A stretch of 64,000 nucleotides of DNA from the NCBI RefSeq assembly GCF_009914755.1, contig NC_060932.1. One strand, written 5' to 3'. Below, in pieces: positions 29,660 to 43,245 of this stretch. The stretch comes from the human T2T-CHM13v2.0 reference genome, Homo sapiens. The notes under the pieces were generated by a model. The model ran no database searches, was not told the origin of the DNA, and saw only the letters and a program-made list of their open reading frames with translations. Numbering within the stretch: position 1 is the stretch's first letter; each line of letters begins with the position of its first letter. A program made the translations under genes and the position numbers.

Positions 29660-29704
29660 AAATGCAAATAAATCATCAACCTAAAATACAAGAGGAAGCA
29701 AATG
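29660..29704 (+). CDS. RP1: Small symmetric linker exon (45 nt, phase 1->1): (E)MQINHQPKIQEEAN
   Basis: cttttatttttgcag acceptor and ATG|gtaaat donor; open in the required frame; no domain motif supports it, so it is less certain. Confidence 0.7.
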
Positions 29705-29996
29705 GTAAATGTTGTTGCCACTTTTCATCTTTTAATCATCTGAAATAATCCATTTCTGTTTCAAGATTACCAGCCTTACACATTTTTTATAGTACATTCT
29801 TATTGAGTTTAACTATTGATTGAAAAATACTTAAAATGAACACGGAATAAGCATTATAGTTGATTTATAAAGAAACTAACAGCAACTTTAGCTCCAAATG
29901 CTTTTTTCCTTAATGCTTCTCTTCAATAATTTAAATATATATGGAAAATAATTATTTTCCAAATGGTTAAATTATATTAACTTCTTTTTTTTCTTC

Positions 29997-30258
29997 CAAA
30001 TAAGATTTTTATTAACAAAAAATTGAGATAACTTTATAAAAACACAGTATATTTAAAAGTGTGGTTACTTTTTGTGACATGAAATCATGGTTTTAGGCAA
30101 TTTGAGATAACGTAAAAGAAATACTCAACTTGTAATTTATTTACGTTCTCTCAAATTGCCTAAAACCATGATTTCATGTCACAAAAAGTAACCACATTTT
30201 TAAATATACTATGCTTTTGTAAAGTATCTCAATTTTTTGTTAGTAAAAATCTTATTTG
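29997..30258. repeat. Long inverted repeat: arms 29997-30116 and 30140-30258, 23-bp spacer
   Basis: Manual alignment of the left arm with the reverse complement of the right arm gives 6 substitutions and 1 indel over 120 bp, with a 48-bp perfect core. Confidence 0.95.
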
Positions 30259-32890
30259 TATTATAAATTACAAAAATCAACTTGTAATTTATATTAACTT
30301 CTTTTAATTGTACTTTTTAAAAAACTTATTTGCATATTGGTTTCTTAGTTTTCTTTTAAAGTCTTTTGTAGTTATCTTTTTCTATTAGGTCCTCTTCAAA
30401 TCAATCTGCAATTATAGTATTAATATGTTACATTTTTAAAGTTGATCTGAATGAAATGGATAAATACTGTTTACTAATATGCATACCAGGTTACCACATC
30501 TCTATGTTTTCAAAAATGGATGTACTTTCTACAGTGGTTTGAAACTAGGCAAAGGTTAGTGCTAACATTATTTTATTCATGAAGTCCTATAATGATGAGG
30601 ATGGCTACTGAGACATAAACAGTTCAAGCTTAAACTAGCATTCTTATCTATTTATATTAGGAACTGTGTTTCAGCTTAGTTTTTGTTATTTATTTTGTAA
30701 GGAAAAGTCTGTTCATGTGTCACACTCTTAGGATGGTCATAATTTTACTAATGTTCCAGAATTTCTTAATAATTTTAAGGGACCTCCAGAGGTCTGTGTC
30801 TTACAATAAACCGTCAAGTAATAAGGCTTGAAATGACATTCTAAGTAGAAAAATTATCCATTAATACCAGAACTTGGTGGGGCATATGTGGGTAATAAAG
30901 GCTAATAGTTTTAAAATGAAGGTTATAATTAAGGCTGAAAGTATCAGAAGTCCTTTGTCAATAATGTAAGACATGTAATCAACATCAGTGATGTCAAACA
31001 TGAAGTTGCAATGTACAGGGAAGGTGTTGACCTAGGACTTTGTTAGATATACTTCATCAAATTTGATTAAATTAAGCTATTTTAAAATGCTTGCTTGTAA
31101 TTAATTATTTCTGTTGTCTTATTTTATGGCCTCATTAAAATGTATATTTTTTATAGTTCAAAAGTAGATTAGTCAAAGACTAATGAGTTTGGTTAGTTCA
31201 TGATACAATGTCATTGTGAATGGTTCTGTCTTATTTCATTTTTAAATTCTAAATAATGCAACCTTTAATATTTCTTGGGATATGATTCTGGAAATACATT
31301 AGTGATCTCATAGTTATGTGAATGAGCTAATTTATGGTGTGGAAAGAACCTTGAAAGGTTAAGCAGTCTAATCTATTGAGGCAGTGTTACATTGTGGTTA
31401 AGAATGTTGAAAAGCAAACATGAGTCTTAGATTTTGAAAGTATATGAAGCACATGTATGTCATTTATGCCCTTCTATGTAGCTTTAGGGGGAAGAAAGTA
31501 GACCAAAATGCTATTTAAATTTAAAGGAGAAAAGGAAAAAGGACTCAACTAAGTTATTTTTACTTTCATTTTGAGGTGATTAACACTAAGTACAATTATG
31601 CACCATTACTAACTCTTAGCCATGTTTAATTAATTCCCACAATCATCTGGGACATGTTTTCTAAACCTTGACACCTTATAATCTTAAATATTTATAATTC
31701 ATATAGGTAAAATCATTCTTCATAGCAAAACTAACTACATTACTCAGTTAGACTGAACTTGGTTGTGAGAGAATGTTTTCAGTATCCATTGCTGGATTGA
31801 GTTTCTTCATTGTTATCAGTGCCTTTGGCATATTGCTCTTATATCCAGCCACATAATAAACCCCCTCACTAACTCCAATAAATTTATATTAATTATATAA
31901 TAAAAAATAAGTTTAAATTCTAGTTCTAGAAGTTCTTTCAAGATACAATTTGAATGATCTATGAAGACCATATCATATGTGAATAACGACACCTTTTATT
32001 ATCCTCATATGTTGTCTAGGTCCCTGGTACAATGTGGAATAGAAGCAGTGATGGTAACATTAATAGTGAATGTGTATATTATTTGTTGTGTAGTCTAAGT
32101 GTTCCAGAAAAATTTATATATTTCATCCTCCAGTAACCCTATGGGATAGGTTGTATCATTATTCCACTTCACAGGTGATGAAACTAAAGGACAGAGAGGT
32201 TTTTATAACTTGCCTAAAGTCACACAAACAGATTTAGAATTTGAATGCAAGTGGTTCAACTTCAGGGATTGTACTGTTCTTGCTTTAGAGGGACTGATTT
32301 TCACTGCCCACTGCCCCCAGTCACTAAAAATGTGTGTGTGAGAGAGTATTTATCTTCTGTATCTTTGGATTTATCTTGTTGTGTTATTTTTTTAACCTAT
32401 TAAGCTAGATTTAGCTTTTAGCCTTGTTTCAGGTCCAAGTGAAAGGATGTTTTTAATTGTCAGGGGAGATTATTATTGTTATTATATTTCATATTACTCT
32501 TTTCTCAACCTTTGTGGGGACAGGTTGGGTTTTTGATAAGCTCCTTTTACTACCACTTATTTGGAGCCCAACTTTTCACTAAGGGTGTATCCCCCTTTGG
32601 CTTACTTCAAAAGTCTCGGGTCCAGTTCCCACACTTGTGTGGCCATCACCATTCATTCTCCTGGCTTGGAGTGTTGGCATCCATCACACCTGCAGTCCTC
32701 ACCTTCTCGTTTGCTGAGTGCTCACCACTCACTTTCACCTAGTGGCCCCTTTTATTATTATTATTAATATGCAGTGGATAATTTTTCTTACTTCCTTGAG
32801 ATTAGAATAATGTACTGAAAACAATTTTTGTTGTAATTTATCCGGTATCTCATTGCATTTTAGTGAGATGGCTTTAAAAATACCATCTCA

Positions 32891-33196
32891 GGTCCAGGTG
32901 CGGTGGCTCATGCCTGTAATCCCAGCACTTTGGGAGGCTGAGGTGGCCTGATCACTTGAGGTCAGGAGTTTGAGACCAGCCTGGCCAACATGGTGAAACT
33001 CGATCTCTACTAAAAATGCAATAATTAGCTGAGTGTGGTAGTGCATGCCTGTAATCCCAACTACTAGGGAAGCTGAGGCAGGATAATTGCTTGAACCCAG
33101 GTGGCGGAGGTTGCAGTGAACCTACATGGCACCACTGCACTCTGGCCTGGGCAACAGATCAAGACCCTGTCTCAAAAAACTAACTAACTAAATAAA
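32891..33196 (+). mobile_element. Alu (AluS-like)
   Basis: Full Alu with TSD AAAATACCATCTCA. Confidence 0.95.
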
Positions 33197-34461
33197 ATAC
33201 CATCTCAGGAAACTGTGGCTCAGAAGTGTAAGAACCTTGTCCTCAGTCAAGCAGTTAGTAAATGAAAGAACTGATATTGGAACTTAGCTCTTAACCATTA
33301 TACAAAACTGTTTCATTTTAATGACTCAGCTTCCTACATGCACTCAGGGATTTCTGACTTGAGGGATTTAAAAATTCTTGGAGCACTTACTCATTTATTT
33401 ATAGGCAATGCTAAATCTTTGCAGTATGATCATTAACAATTTGGTAGATTATGTGTGGCAAAGATTATTAAAATATTTTTTCTCTCCTCTCAGTTCTGTT
33501 ACCTATACATGCTTGGCTGGCCTCACTGCGCAAATAGTGTCTGCTCAAAGAAAGAAAATTAAATTTAATGATTAGTCTCAGCTAAACATGATTAAGAACA
33601 TAAAATATTCTATCACATCATCATGCATTCTGAGTCAACTATAGATAGTTTTGTATTGCCTTTTACTCCGATCATTCAGGGTACAATTTCCTGTGGTGGT
33701 GTGGATAATGACAAGGTAACAGCCTACCCTTTGTGTTGGAGCCTTCTGCCTGTTGTGTCAGCCTCATTTCCTCCACAGGAAGACACACCGTGGCACCGGG
33801 GAGCCTGGGCAGGCCTCAGGAATCAGTATCTCAAATGAGTGTGCATAATTTGTGAAGCTGAGATGCCAGAGGAACCATCTTCAGGATTGCTTCATCAGTC
33901 CCAACATACAGAGCCTGAAACTAGGTTAATGAATTCCAGCAGGGCTAAGTGGGAAAAGAGAAGTCAACTTGTGAACAAGTTTAGAATCAAAAGGAGAGAA
34001 GGTGAGCCAAGAGGAATTCTCCCAGCAGAGGCCAGATGTTGCTGTGACTTACTGTTTGGTGCCTAAAACCTTTGGCACAGGCATGTCAGGAAGTGTTAAG
34101 TGAGCAACCAGGAAGACAGTGCAGTGCTTCTCATGCCCTGGCTGGGTTTAGCTTCATTTGCTCCCAAATTAAATAGCTAGTGTTTAGTTTTTGTTTGATT
34201 CTAGAACATTGGCTCACACCTTTTTTTTGGTTTGAGACAAAATACCCATAACTCAACATAGCAGTGGAACGGAATGGATTTGACACTGAAACAGTAATAA
34301 AATACACTCAGCATCTTCAAATATCCAACAGCCTTGCAGAAACATCACCATCAAAAGCCTACTCCTCAATCGCTTTGTGTTTATAAATAATTTACAGAAA
34401 GCATAGAAGGGTTTGGGGTGAAATAGACTTACTCAATCAGAGTATGTCTTGTTAATCTGAA

Positions 34462-34686
34462 GCAAGTTTTCTAAACCTTGGGACTACTGACATTTCAGCT
34501 TGGATAACTTTTTGTTGTGGGGGACTGTCATAAATATCAGGGTGTTTGGCAGCTTTCCTGGGTTCTACTCACCCACTGGATGTCAACAGCATGCACCTAG
34601 TTGTGATGACAAAAAAAAAAAATGTCTCCAGACATCAACAAATGTCTCCAAGGGGCAAACTCACCCACAGTTGAGAACTGCTAACC
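34462..34686. mobile_element. MER20 (hAT-Charlie) element
   Basis: TTTCTAAACCTTGGGACTACTGACATTT...TGTCTCCAGACAT...CAGTTGAGAACTGCT. Confidence 0.8.
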
Positions 34687-34774
34687 TAGAAAATAGTGGT
34701 TCTGCTGCAAAAGTGGTCAGAGAGGCGTGGAGATGGGGAAGTCTGGGAAGGAGGATGTGGGAGACTGTTTGCTA

Positions 34775-35290
34775 AAAATGTCTGTGACTGCAGCATTTCC
34801 TGTGCTCTTCTGAACTCAACAAAAGGTGGAATCAACTTGGGCAGACATTTGAAACTGCCTTGACTAACTGTGTAAAGCAGAAATGATACTATGTGACATT
34901 TTTGCTGTACACTATTAGGTCATAAAAGATGATACCACTTCTGCCTGGCTCGCTTTCTGGGAATGTTAGTCTTTAGAATCCAGCCACTGTCCTGTGAGAA
35001 AGCCTGGACCTTATAGAGAAGTCTGCATGGAAAGGAATGAAGGCCATTGCTCTGACCCCTGGCTGTGCTTGCAGCCAGCACCACCTTGCCAGTCACATTG
35101 AGAGAGCCATCTTGGAAGCAAATCCTCCCAGCCACAGCTGAACTGCCTCATTTGACACTATGTGGAGCAGAGATAATCCTTCCCTGCTAAGCCTGGTCCA
35201 AATTGCACTTTCAAGGGCATAAGAAATGATTGTCATTGTTTTGCGCCATCAAGTTTTAGGATAGTTCGTTATGCAGGAATAGATCATGGT
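34775..35290 (+). mobile_element. Old MLT1-type LTR
   Basis: GCCATCTTGGAAGCAAATCCTCCCAGCC...AAGTTTTAGGATAGTTCGTTATGCAGGAATAGAT resembles the MLT1 3' end. Confidence 0.6.
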
Positions 35291-35486
35291 AGCAGTAGAA
35301 TTGGTAGTGGATAGGCTCATACAGACCTGCATACTTAGGTCAAGACTTGGATTCTAAATATATTGAAGATCATGAATTTCTCTCCTAATGACCAGCACAC
35401 AGTAATGTGGGTCTGAAAGTAGATTTGAACCTAGTAGATTGCTTAGGATGTTGGGACACAAAGAACTCAGGAATTGTTAGCAAATG

Positions 35487-36117
35487 CAGTTGGCCTTCTG
35501 TACTTGCAGGTCCTACATCCCCAGATTCCAACAACCACAGATTGAAAAGTTCCAGAAAAAAACCCAAACAATAAAAAATAACAATATAACAACAGAAAGT
35601 AATACACATTTAAAAAATACTATTTATACAGCATTTATACTGTGTTAGTTATAAGTAATCTAGAGAAGATTTAATGTATATGGGAGGATGTGCATAGGTT
35701 ATATGCAAATATTGTGCCATTTTGTTGTTGTTTTTGTTTGGTTAGTTTATTTTTTAGAGACAGGGTCTTGCTCTGTCACCCAGGGTAGAGTGCAGTGGCA
35801 TGATCATAGCTCACTGCAGCCTTGACCTCTTGGCCTCAAGGGATCCTCCTACCTCGGCTTCCTGAGCAGCTGGGACTATGTGCATATGCCACCACGCCCA
35901 GCTAATTAAAAAGAAATTGTAGAGACAAGATCTCACTGTATTGCCCAGAATGGGCTTGATCTTCCCACCTTGGCCTGCCAAAGCACTGGGATTACAGATG
36001 TGAGCTACTATTCTTGGCCAACTAGGCCATTTTCTATAAGGGACTTGAGCATCTTTGGATTTTGATATGAGGGGGCATCCTGGAACTAATCTCCCTGGAA
36101 CACCAAAAGATGACTAT
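35487..36117 (-). mobile_element. MER2-family (Tigger-like) element interrupted by an antisense AluJ (about 35725-36020)
   Basis: MER2 segments TAATCTAGAGAAGATTTAA..GGAGGATGTGCATAGGTTATATGCAAAT and GGGACTTGAGCATC flank the Alu, with duplication GCCATTTT. Confidence 0.8.
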
Positions 36118-37854
36118 AGTCAAAGGAAGGCAAGTCAAGTTTTCCATATAAGCCAAGATAAGGTGGGTGATTAAAGAGGCAATAGGACGTGGAAGAGGTT
36201 TGGCAGCAAGTATCAAGGATACACTGGAAGGGAATTTGGGATGAGGACAAGGTGGAAATGCCAAGGCTGAGCTGCTAGAATCCAGGTTGAAAATGATCAC
36301 AGGGAACCTAGGGCACCTGGAAAGAATTTGATATTTGACTGTCACACTCTCCTCCCTGTTAAGGGTCAAGATTTGAGGTGGAGTTGAATGTACTAAATAG
36401 GCAGGGGATGCATGGTAAACTGCACTAAAGTATAGTTGTCCTACCTGAATAGTGATACGACAAGCTCTCACATGCGGGTGTTGAGTGCTCTGGTTAGCAG
36501 TGCTGCTGCTCAGCGGCTGCTGAGTGTTCTGGTTAGCAGTGCAGTTTCTGAATCTTGACTGCACCACTTACTCACTGCATGGCTTGGGAAATCACTGTAT
36601 TTCTTTGTGCCTCGGTTTCTTTCCGATAAAATGTAGGTAATAGTAGAAACTCTTAGGATTATTGTGAGAATTAAATAATATCCATAAAGCACCTTGAACA
36701 GAGCCTAATATATCTTATGTATCCAATAAACACTAGCTTTTAAACTGTATGTTTCACTTGTAATGGAACCTATCCCTGTCTTGAGTGCTGTGGCTGTAGT
36801 CCCACTGTGCACGTGTTTGGACTACAGCAAGCACTTCCCACCCGGTTGGCTGACTCTGTCACTCTTTACTACATCATACAATAATCGGTGGTAAATAATC
36901 ACAGGAATAACAAGAGATTCGTCTTAGACCAATATCAAGATAAAATAGGTAACAGATTCATTTCTGATAATGTTTGATGGTTGTTTTCTGGACTTAAAGT
37001 GGAGAAAATTGAGCACTGGTCGAAACCATTTTAATCTAGGAAGCATAACTGTTTCTAATTCGGTGTCAAATTTATCCCAACTCCTGTGGTAGTCAGCACA
37101 GAATTTCTCTATTGCTTTACATGTATAATAGGATTAATGATATTTGTCTCCTGAAAGAATAAAAATATTTGTAAAGCACTTAAAAATTAAAAAAAACCTC
37201 ATGATCCTCTTATGAGGTTGTATTTTGAAGGACTTGTGAATTTATATACATAGAATTATTTGGAGATAAAATTAATAAAAATTAGAATAATCTGTCTTGT
37301 TTACAGTATCTTTGCTAAATCTCATTTAAATATATTTACATGACCTTGAAAATGTGGATCATACAAGGTCAATATTGTTTCCATTATCTTTGTGCTAATA
37401 ATAAGATCAATTATGAGGCAAATAACAATATCCTTGTCCTTTGTGTGAAAAATGACACTAATGACACATCATCAGAAGGACTTGTTTTTGTTAATTGATA
37501 AATAGTTATATATTGTGCTGAAATAATCTTAATAGTATCTTGAATATCCTTCCTCATACAGGTAGCCATGCTTTTCAAAATACATTTTAACGGATCCCAA
37601 AACGTTTCATAAATCACCCATTCGTTTTTTGAAAGGCTATTATGTGCCAAGTGTTGTATTAGGCACTGAGAATACAGAGACATTTAAGGCTAAAATGTGC
37701 CCTTCAGGGACTTACAATCTGGGTGGAGAGTGTCCTATCTATCAAGGCACTTATTTGCATGTCCAAATGTTGAAGTGTGCCAGGGTCCAGTATAGGCATG
37801 AGAGGGAGGGTGGTTCATTCTGGTTACAGGGAGGAATGTTTGTTAATGCTTCTT

Positions 37855-38157
<303 letters not shown>

Positions 38158-39639
38158 CATGTTAATGCTTCTTAAGAGAAGGTGACCTTTGAGCTAGGAT
38201 GTTCACTAGTGAGAGGAGAGAGGTGAAAGAGAGGACATTTTGGCTAAAAGATTTTAGTCCAAGTCCTGGAGGAAGAAAGGAGCCTTTTAGGATAGCTGAA
38301 GGCTGGCACAAGGGAAGGTCGCTGTGTGAGAGGGAGGCTGTAGAGGGGGTCAGTGGCTACTTGGAGGTGGGTGTTATGGGCAGTGGGCATCAATATTATA
38401 AAAAGAGCTAGATTAGACATTTGACAGGCATACTAATCTATATGTAATATTACGTCAGCATGGATGTAATGATAGAGAAAGTTTTATTTATTCCGACCTC
38501 TCCTCACCACCTAAAATCTGGGGGACTCTCACAGGGCTTTTTTGGAGGTGGATCTGTTCAACTTTTGAACTTTATCCCCCCAAGTCACCTGCAGTTCTCC
38601 TCCATCTTTCCCTGTCACAACCCTCGACTTCTCCGCCAAGTAAGAAACAAACAAACATTTCACAAACAGGGCTCTTGGTCTTTTTAGGCTGTCTTAATCC
38701 ACCCCTAATTATTATAGTCAGGGAAGTGAGAGGCTGCAGTCTGCAGAGACGTGCTGGGTTTTTTCGCTTTCACTGAATCTTCCTGTGTCCTCCTCTGTCA
38801 AGGTAAGAGTCATGGGAACACGTTTGCTGTCCAATGAGGCAAAGCAGACTGTCCCATCATTTTTATTATTGAATTGCAGTCACTTAGGGCAAGCAGATGT
38901 GAAGAGTGTTTTCCCTCAGTATGCCCAACTAACAATTGCATGTAAGAGCTTAATTCACATGCATCTTCTCTGCATTTCTTTTGAGTATTCAGTGGGTAGT
39001 TGCCAAGTATCTGAAAACATGTCTAGACACAGGTGTTTCTATATTCAAAAACAGGGTTAATTTTCTGAACTACAAAGTCAAATGCATATAACCCTGTAAC
39101 AGAATACACAGAATAAGGTAAAGAAAAAAATGTTATGATCTAAGGAAGGGCTATTGAACTTCACTAGCTGTAGCAACTTTGCTCACCAAAATAACTCAAC
39201 CGTGCTTTCCTGAGAATACACTTCCAATTGATAAGAAAACATTGGGAAGGAAACAGTTAATGACAGGTCTGCAATCTAATTTTTTCCTCTACCAGGGATA
39301 CATGAAAGAGGTGACTCAGTCAAATCCCCTTGCATACATACTAATAACTAGACATCCTGATAGAAATGCTAACGGTATTTATAAGTAAAAAGATAATGGA
39401 GAGCCCTTATCTGTGAAATGCTTTCAGCAGCTATTCTAGTTATCTATTGCTGTGTGAAAAACCACTCCCAAACTCAGTGGCTGAAAACAATAATTTGTTA
39501 TTATCTTTACCTTTCAGTGGGTTAACATGGCTCAGCTAGGTGATTTTTTGCGTGGAGCTTCTCACACAACTTTAGTTAGTGCTGCAATTGCAGACATCTG
39601 AAGAGATATCTCCCCCATGCTGCCAGCTGATAAGCCTGG

Positions 39640-39817
39640 GTTAGGCTTTTCAGGCCATATGGTCTCTGTTGCAACTACTCAACTCTGTTGTTGTAGTGTG
39701 AAAACACCCATGTACAATACATAAACAAATGAGCATGGCGTCATTCCAATGAAACTTAATTACAAAAACAGGTGGCAGGCTGGATTTGGCCCATGGGCCA
39801 TAGTTTGCCACCCTCTG
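39640..39817. mobile_element. MER58A-like element, adjacent to an MLT1 fragment (about 39430-39630)
   Basis: GGCCATATGGTCTCTGTTGCAACTACTCAACTCTG...GGCTGGATTTGGCCCATGGGCCATAGTTTGCC. Confidence 0.8.
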
Positions 39818-40039
39818 GACTATGATGTCTGCAAGGGAAGAATGCTTGTCCTCTGTCCTGCTAGTGAATCATTAGTAAACTCGGTGTTAGGTAAGACATA
39901 TAAACTGTGTGGTTTGATTGATCATCGAACTCACTTCTTCCCTTAGAGTCTCTCGAATGTTAAACACAATGTGCATAATGTGGACGCAATACCTGTAAGT
40001 CAACTTGTCAACAGATATTAATTTAATTCCAATTGTTGG

Positions 40040-40372
40040 CCTACATTACACTTGATGTTCCACATTCATGGATTCAACCAACAGCAGATAAAAATATTTT
40101 TAAAAAGGAAGGTAGTGTCTGTACTGAACACGTACAGACTTTTTTCTTGTCATTGTTACCTAAACAATACATTCTAACAACTATTTACATTGCATTTATA
40201 TAGTATTAGGTATTAGAGGTAATCTAGACATGATTTAAAGTATACAAAAGGATGTGTGTATGTTATACAGAAATACTACACCATTGTATATCAGGGACTT
40301 GGGCATCTATTGGCGTTGGTATCTATGGGGGTTTCTGGAACCAATCCTCCACAGATACTGAGGAACAACTGT
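40040..40372 (-). mobile_element. MER2 element
   Basis: GGATTCAACCAA...GTCTGTACTGAACACGTACAGACTTTTT...CTGGAACCAATCCTCCACAGATACTGAGGAACAACTG. Confidence 0.85.
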
Positions 40373-43081
40373 AGGCTGAAGTTCGGAATTCTCTAGGTCA
40401 GTTTTACATATACTGATTGCACGTGGTTGCATGAGAATGGAAATGGCAGAGCACATACTTCTCATTGTAAATATGGAAGATCCTGTTAGACTTTACTTCA
40501 TTGTTGAGAAGAAATCCGAATTTATTAAGGAATATTTGGAGATCATAGAGTATATCCAAACTACTTTAAAAGTATTTTTAACACAAAAGGAAAGTAAGCC
40601 TCCTAAGGCTGTGGTTTCCAAGAAAATTTCCTTTTATCTACAGTAGGGTTTATTTAAATGAAAGACATTGCTATAGTATCTCCCCCAATTTAAGCTTGGA
40701 AAAGAGAATGAAAGGGCACAGCCTGAGTTAGATTGTCAGTAATGGCTTATTGCATAGTCAACGAACTTTTTTTAAACCTTTCAAAACATTGTAAATATAA
40801 GATAAATATTTAGACTTCAATTACGTGGAATTTTCCTTCTTCCTTTGAAAACTCTAATAGAAGTCATTTTCCAAAGGGATTAACAGATGACAACATTTTT
40901 TGATATGAGTCCTTGGGGTTGAATAGACAGCAGCTATAAGGCAAAGGAAAAAATAAGGAAACGTATAGATAAAATATCTGAAGTCATATTCTTTTGATTT
41001 TTTTGGCGAAAAAAGTTTTGCAATAGAAAATTACAGACAAATACTTGTAATTTTGGCACACATACAAGCAATACAAAAACTGTAAACATATTTTTAGCCC
41101 TGTTATAAATAAATTATTTCATAGGGCAGTGGAACTTTTAATTTAAATATAAACTCAGAATGTTCCTCTATGTTATTTTCTACAAGTGTTCTCAACTATT
41201 TTGTATTTTAGGTAGTGAAACATTCTTAGAGAAGTTAAGTGATTAGATTTTTAAAGGATGAAATATAAAATTTATTTTTTTTCCAGTTGCAAAAAAGAAA
41301 AATATGCTTAGGAAAACTTGAAAGTGAATAAAAATAACTGCAGATGATGTTCATTAGTTATTCCACCCTTAAGGCCTATGTCATCGTGACATGCTAATTC
41401 CAAAAAGGAGGAACACAGACATATTATATGAATCAATGGTTCCTTGCTATTTGCCTCTATTTCAGTAAACAAGACATCCAAGCTTCTATGCAAACTTATT
41501 CCCGTCCCTCCCCCCATGATAGCATGACAGCAGGCCCAGATGGCCGGGGAAGGAGATAAGGATGAGATAGGAAAGAAGACCTACAAAAAAGGAAAGAGAT
41601 CCTTCAACTTCTTGAATTATGCATCAAAGCACAGGTGTGAGGTTTTCTGTAAGAATTAAGTTATGATAGGATTCTCAATGGGACTTAGTTTTAGATTTGC
41701 ATGTTTCTTATTTTCCCACATGAACTGTAGTTCCTGAAAGCTGGCTGGCTGCGGGGTAGAAGTAGCAGTGCACCCTTTTGAGTTCTGCTGCCCCTTTGGC
41801 TTTCGGTACTGAGGTACTGGGTCCATCTTTCTTAACAAAGATGACATTATGCAAAATTTATTTGATGCAAGTTTTATCAAACTGTTGAGAGATCTTCAAA
41901 TGATGTTTATGTATATACAGACAGTGGTGGGTGGGGAGTAGCATTGTGTTTTTAAAAGAAAATCACATCTTAATGAAAGAATTACTGAGAACTTGGTGGG
42001 CAGAATAGTGGTGGTTTTAATTGTATTTTGGAAATATAAAAAATACAAGGTTGTAGGTTTATGGGGCCTTAGAAAACAACAGTAACAACATCTTCAGATT
42101 ACCCCTGCACTCTAGGGACAGGCTGTGATGAGTAGAGGTGCATGCACTGCACAGAGTTCTAACTGGCAGGACTTTGTCCTTTGCTGTGCTTGGCTGTGTG
42201 GTGTGGACTCAGGGTGAGAGGGGTTCATTGCTGTGGGTTGATGATGTAGTTTCCCAAAGAAGTGCACAAAATAATAAAATGAAGGCTTATTTTGTCTTTC
42301 TAACTAAACCAATCATAAAACAACTCATAGATCTTTTTAAGTTGTTTCCTGTCATGCTCTGCTTGTCTCAGCCTTTCTGTGCTCTCAGTATCACTGCAGC
42401 AGGAAGCTCAATGATCCCTTCTGCTTGCATGATGCATTGTCTTTCTCTATTTCAAACGTGTCTTTTCTTCATCCTCCCTCCCCAAGCCCAATTCCTTTTG
42501 CCAAGACCTATTTATCCAGTACAGCATTTTCTTCCTTACTTGTTGGTTTGTTCCAACTTTCAGGGAACTCCAGCAATTTTTCATGAGAAAGAAAGTTCTT
42601 TTTTGCCTTGTTTTTATATCTTCTACATCCTTAGCACTATCTGCTAGGATCACCAAACTGTGTTACTAGTGTAGCTTGATAGGACTCTTCTCTAGTACAG
42701 ATGATGCCTTAACATCAGGTTATCAGGATGCCTGTCATCCATTCCCATCCCCAAATTTGACAGTTATTTGCCTAAATAAACTCCTAAGTATTTCAGCTAA
42801 ACACTTAGTGCTAAATGCCTCCAACTCCATTGTTTTGCCCAAAATATGTATTGTTCTAAAAAGCCCACTACTATTTGTTTTGTAGTTAAGCTACAATATT
42901 TCCAAAACTTTTTTATATGCTAGCATTCAAGGAGGAAATCCATGATAAGCAATTATTTTAGTACTTGATTTCACGAACTATTCATTTCATAACCAAGTAG
43001 ATTAAGTAGAAATCCTTATTTTCCTAATATTAATGTGTTTTTCCCCTATACTTTTATATTGATCTCCTTTTTCCTTTGCAG

Positions 43082-43245
43082 ATGGAGACTGGAAGGTGAC
43101 CATTGTCACTGGGGATCTTGAAAATGCCGGCACCACGGCAACAGTGTTCCTTTATGTCTATGGAGAAACAAAATGTTCAGGTCCTATTATTTTGGGATCT
43201 GGGAAACACCAGCTGTTTAACCCTAACACTGCAGATATATTCAAG
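43082..43245 (+). CDS. RP1: Internal coding exon (164 nt, phase 1->0), N-terminal half of the next PLAT domain: (D)GDWKVTIVTGDLENAGTTATVFLYVYGETKCSGPIILGSGKHQLFNPNTADIFK
   Basis: ctcctttttcctttgcag acceptor and AAG|gtaaaa donor; W.V.I.TGD...AGT.A.V.L..YG....SG...L ... F.....D.F is a canonical PLAT start; not in the ORF track. Confidence 0.93.

Noticed and set aside
36034-36567. 177-aa minus-strand ORF
   Set aside because: Runs across MER2 and other decayed repeat sequence plus a short tandem duplication; no protein motif
42138-42647. 169-aa plus-strand ORF upstream of the 43082 exon
   Set aside because: Non-ATG start, low-complexity hydrophobic translation of T-rich intron, no PLAT pattern
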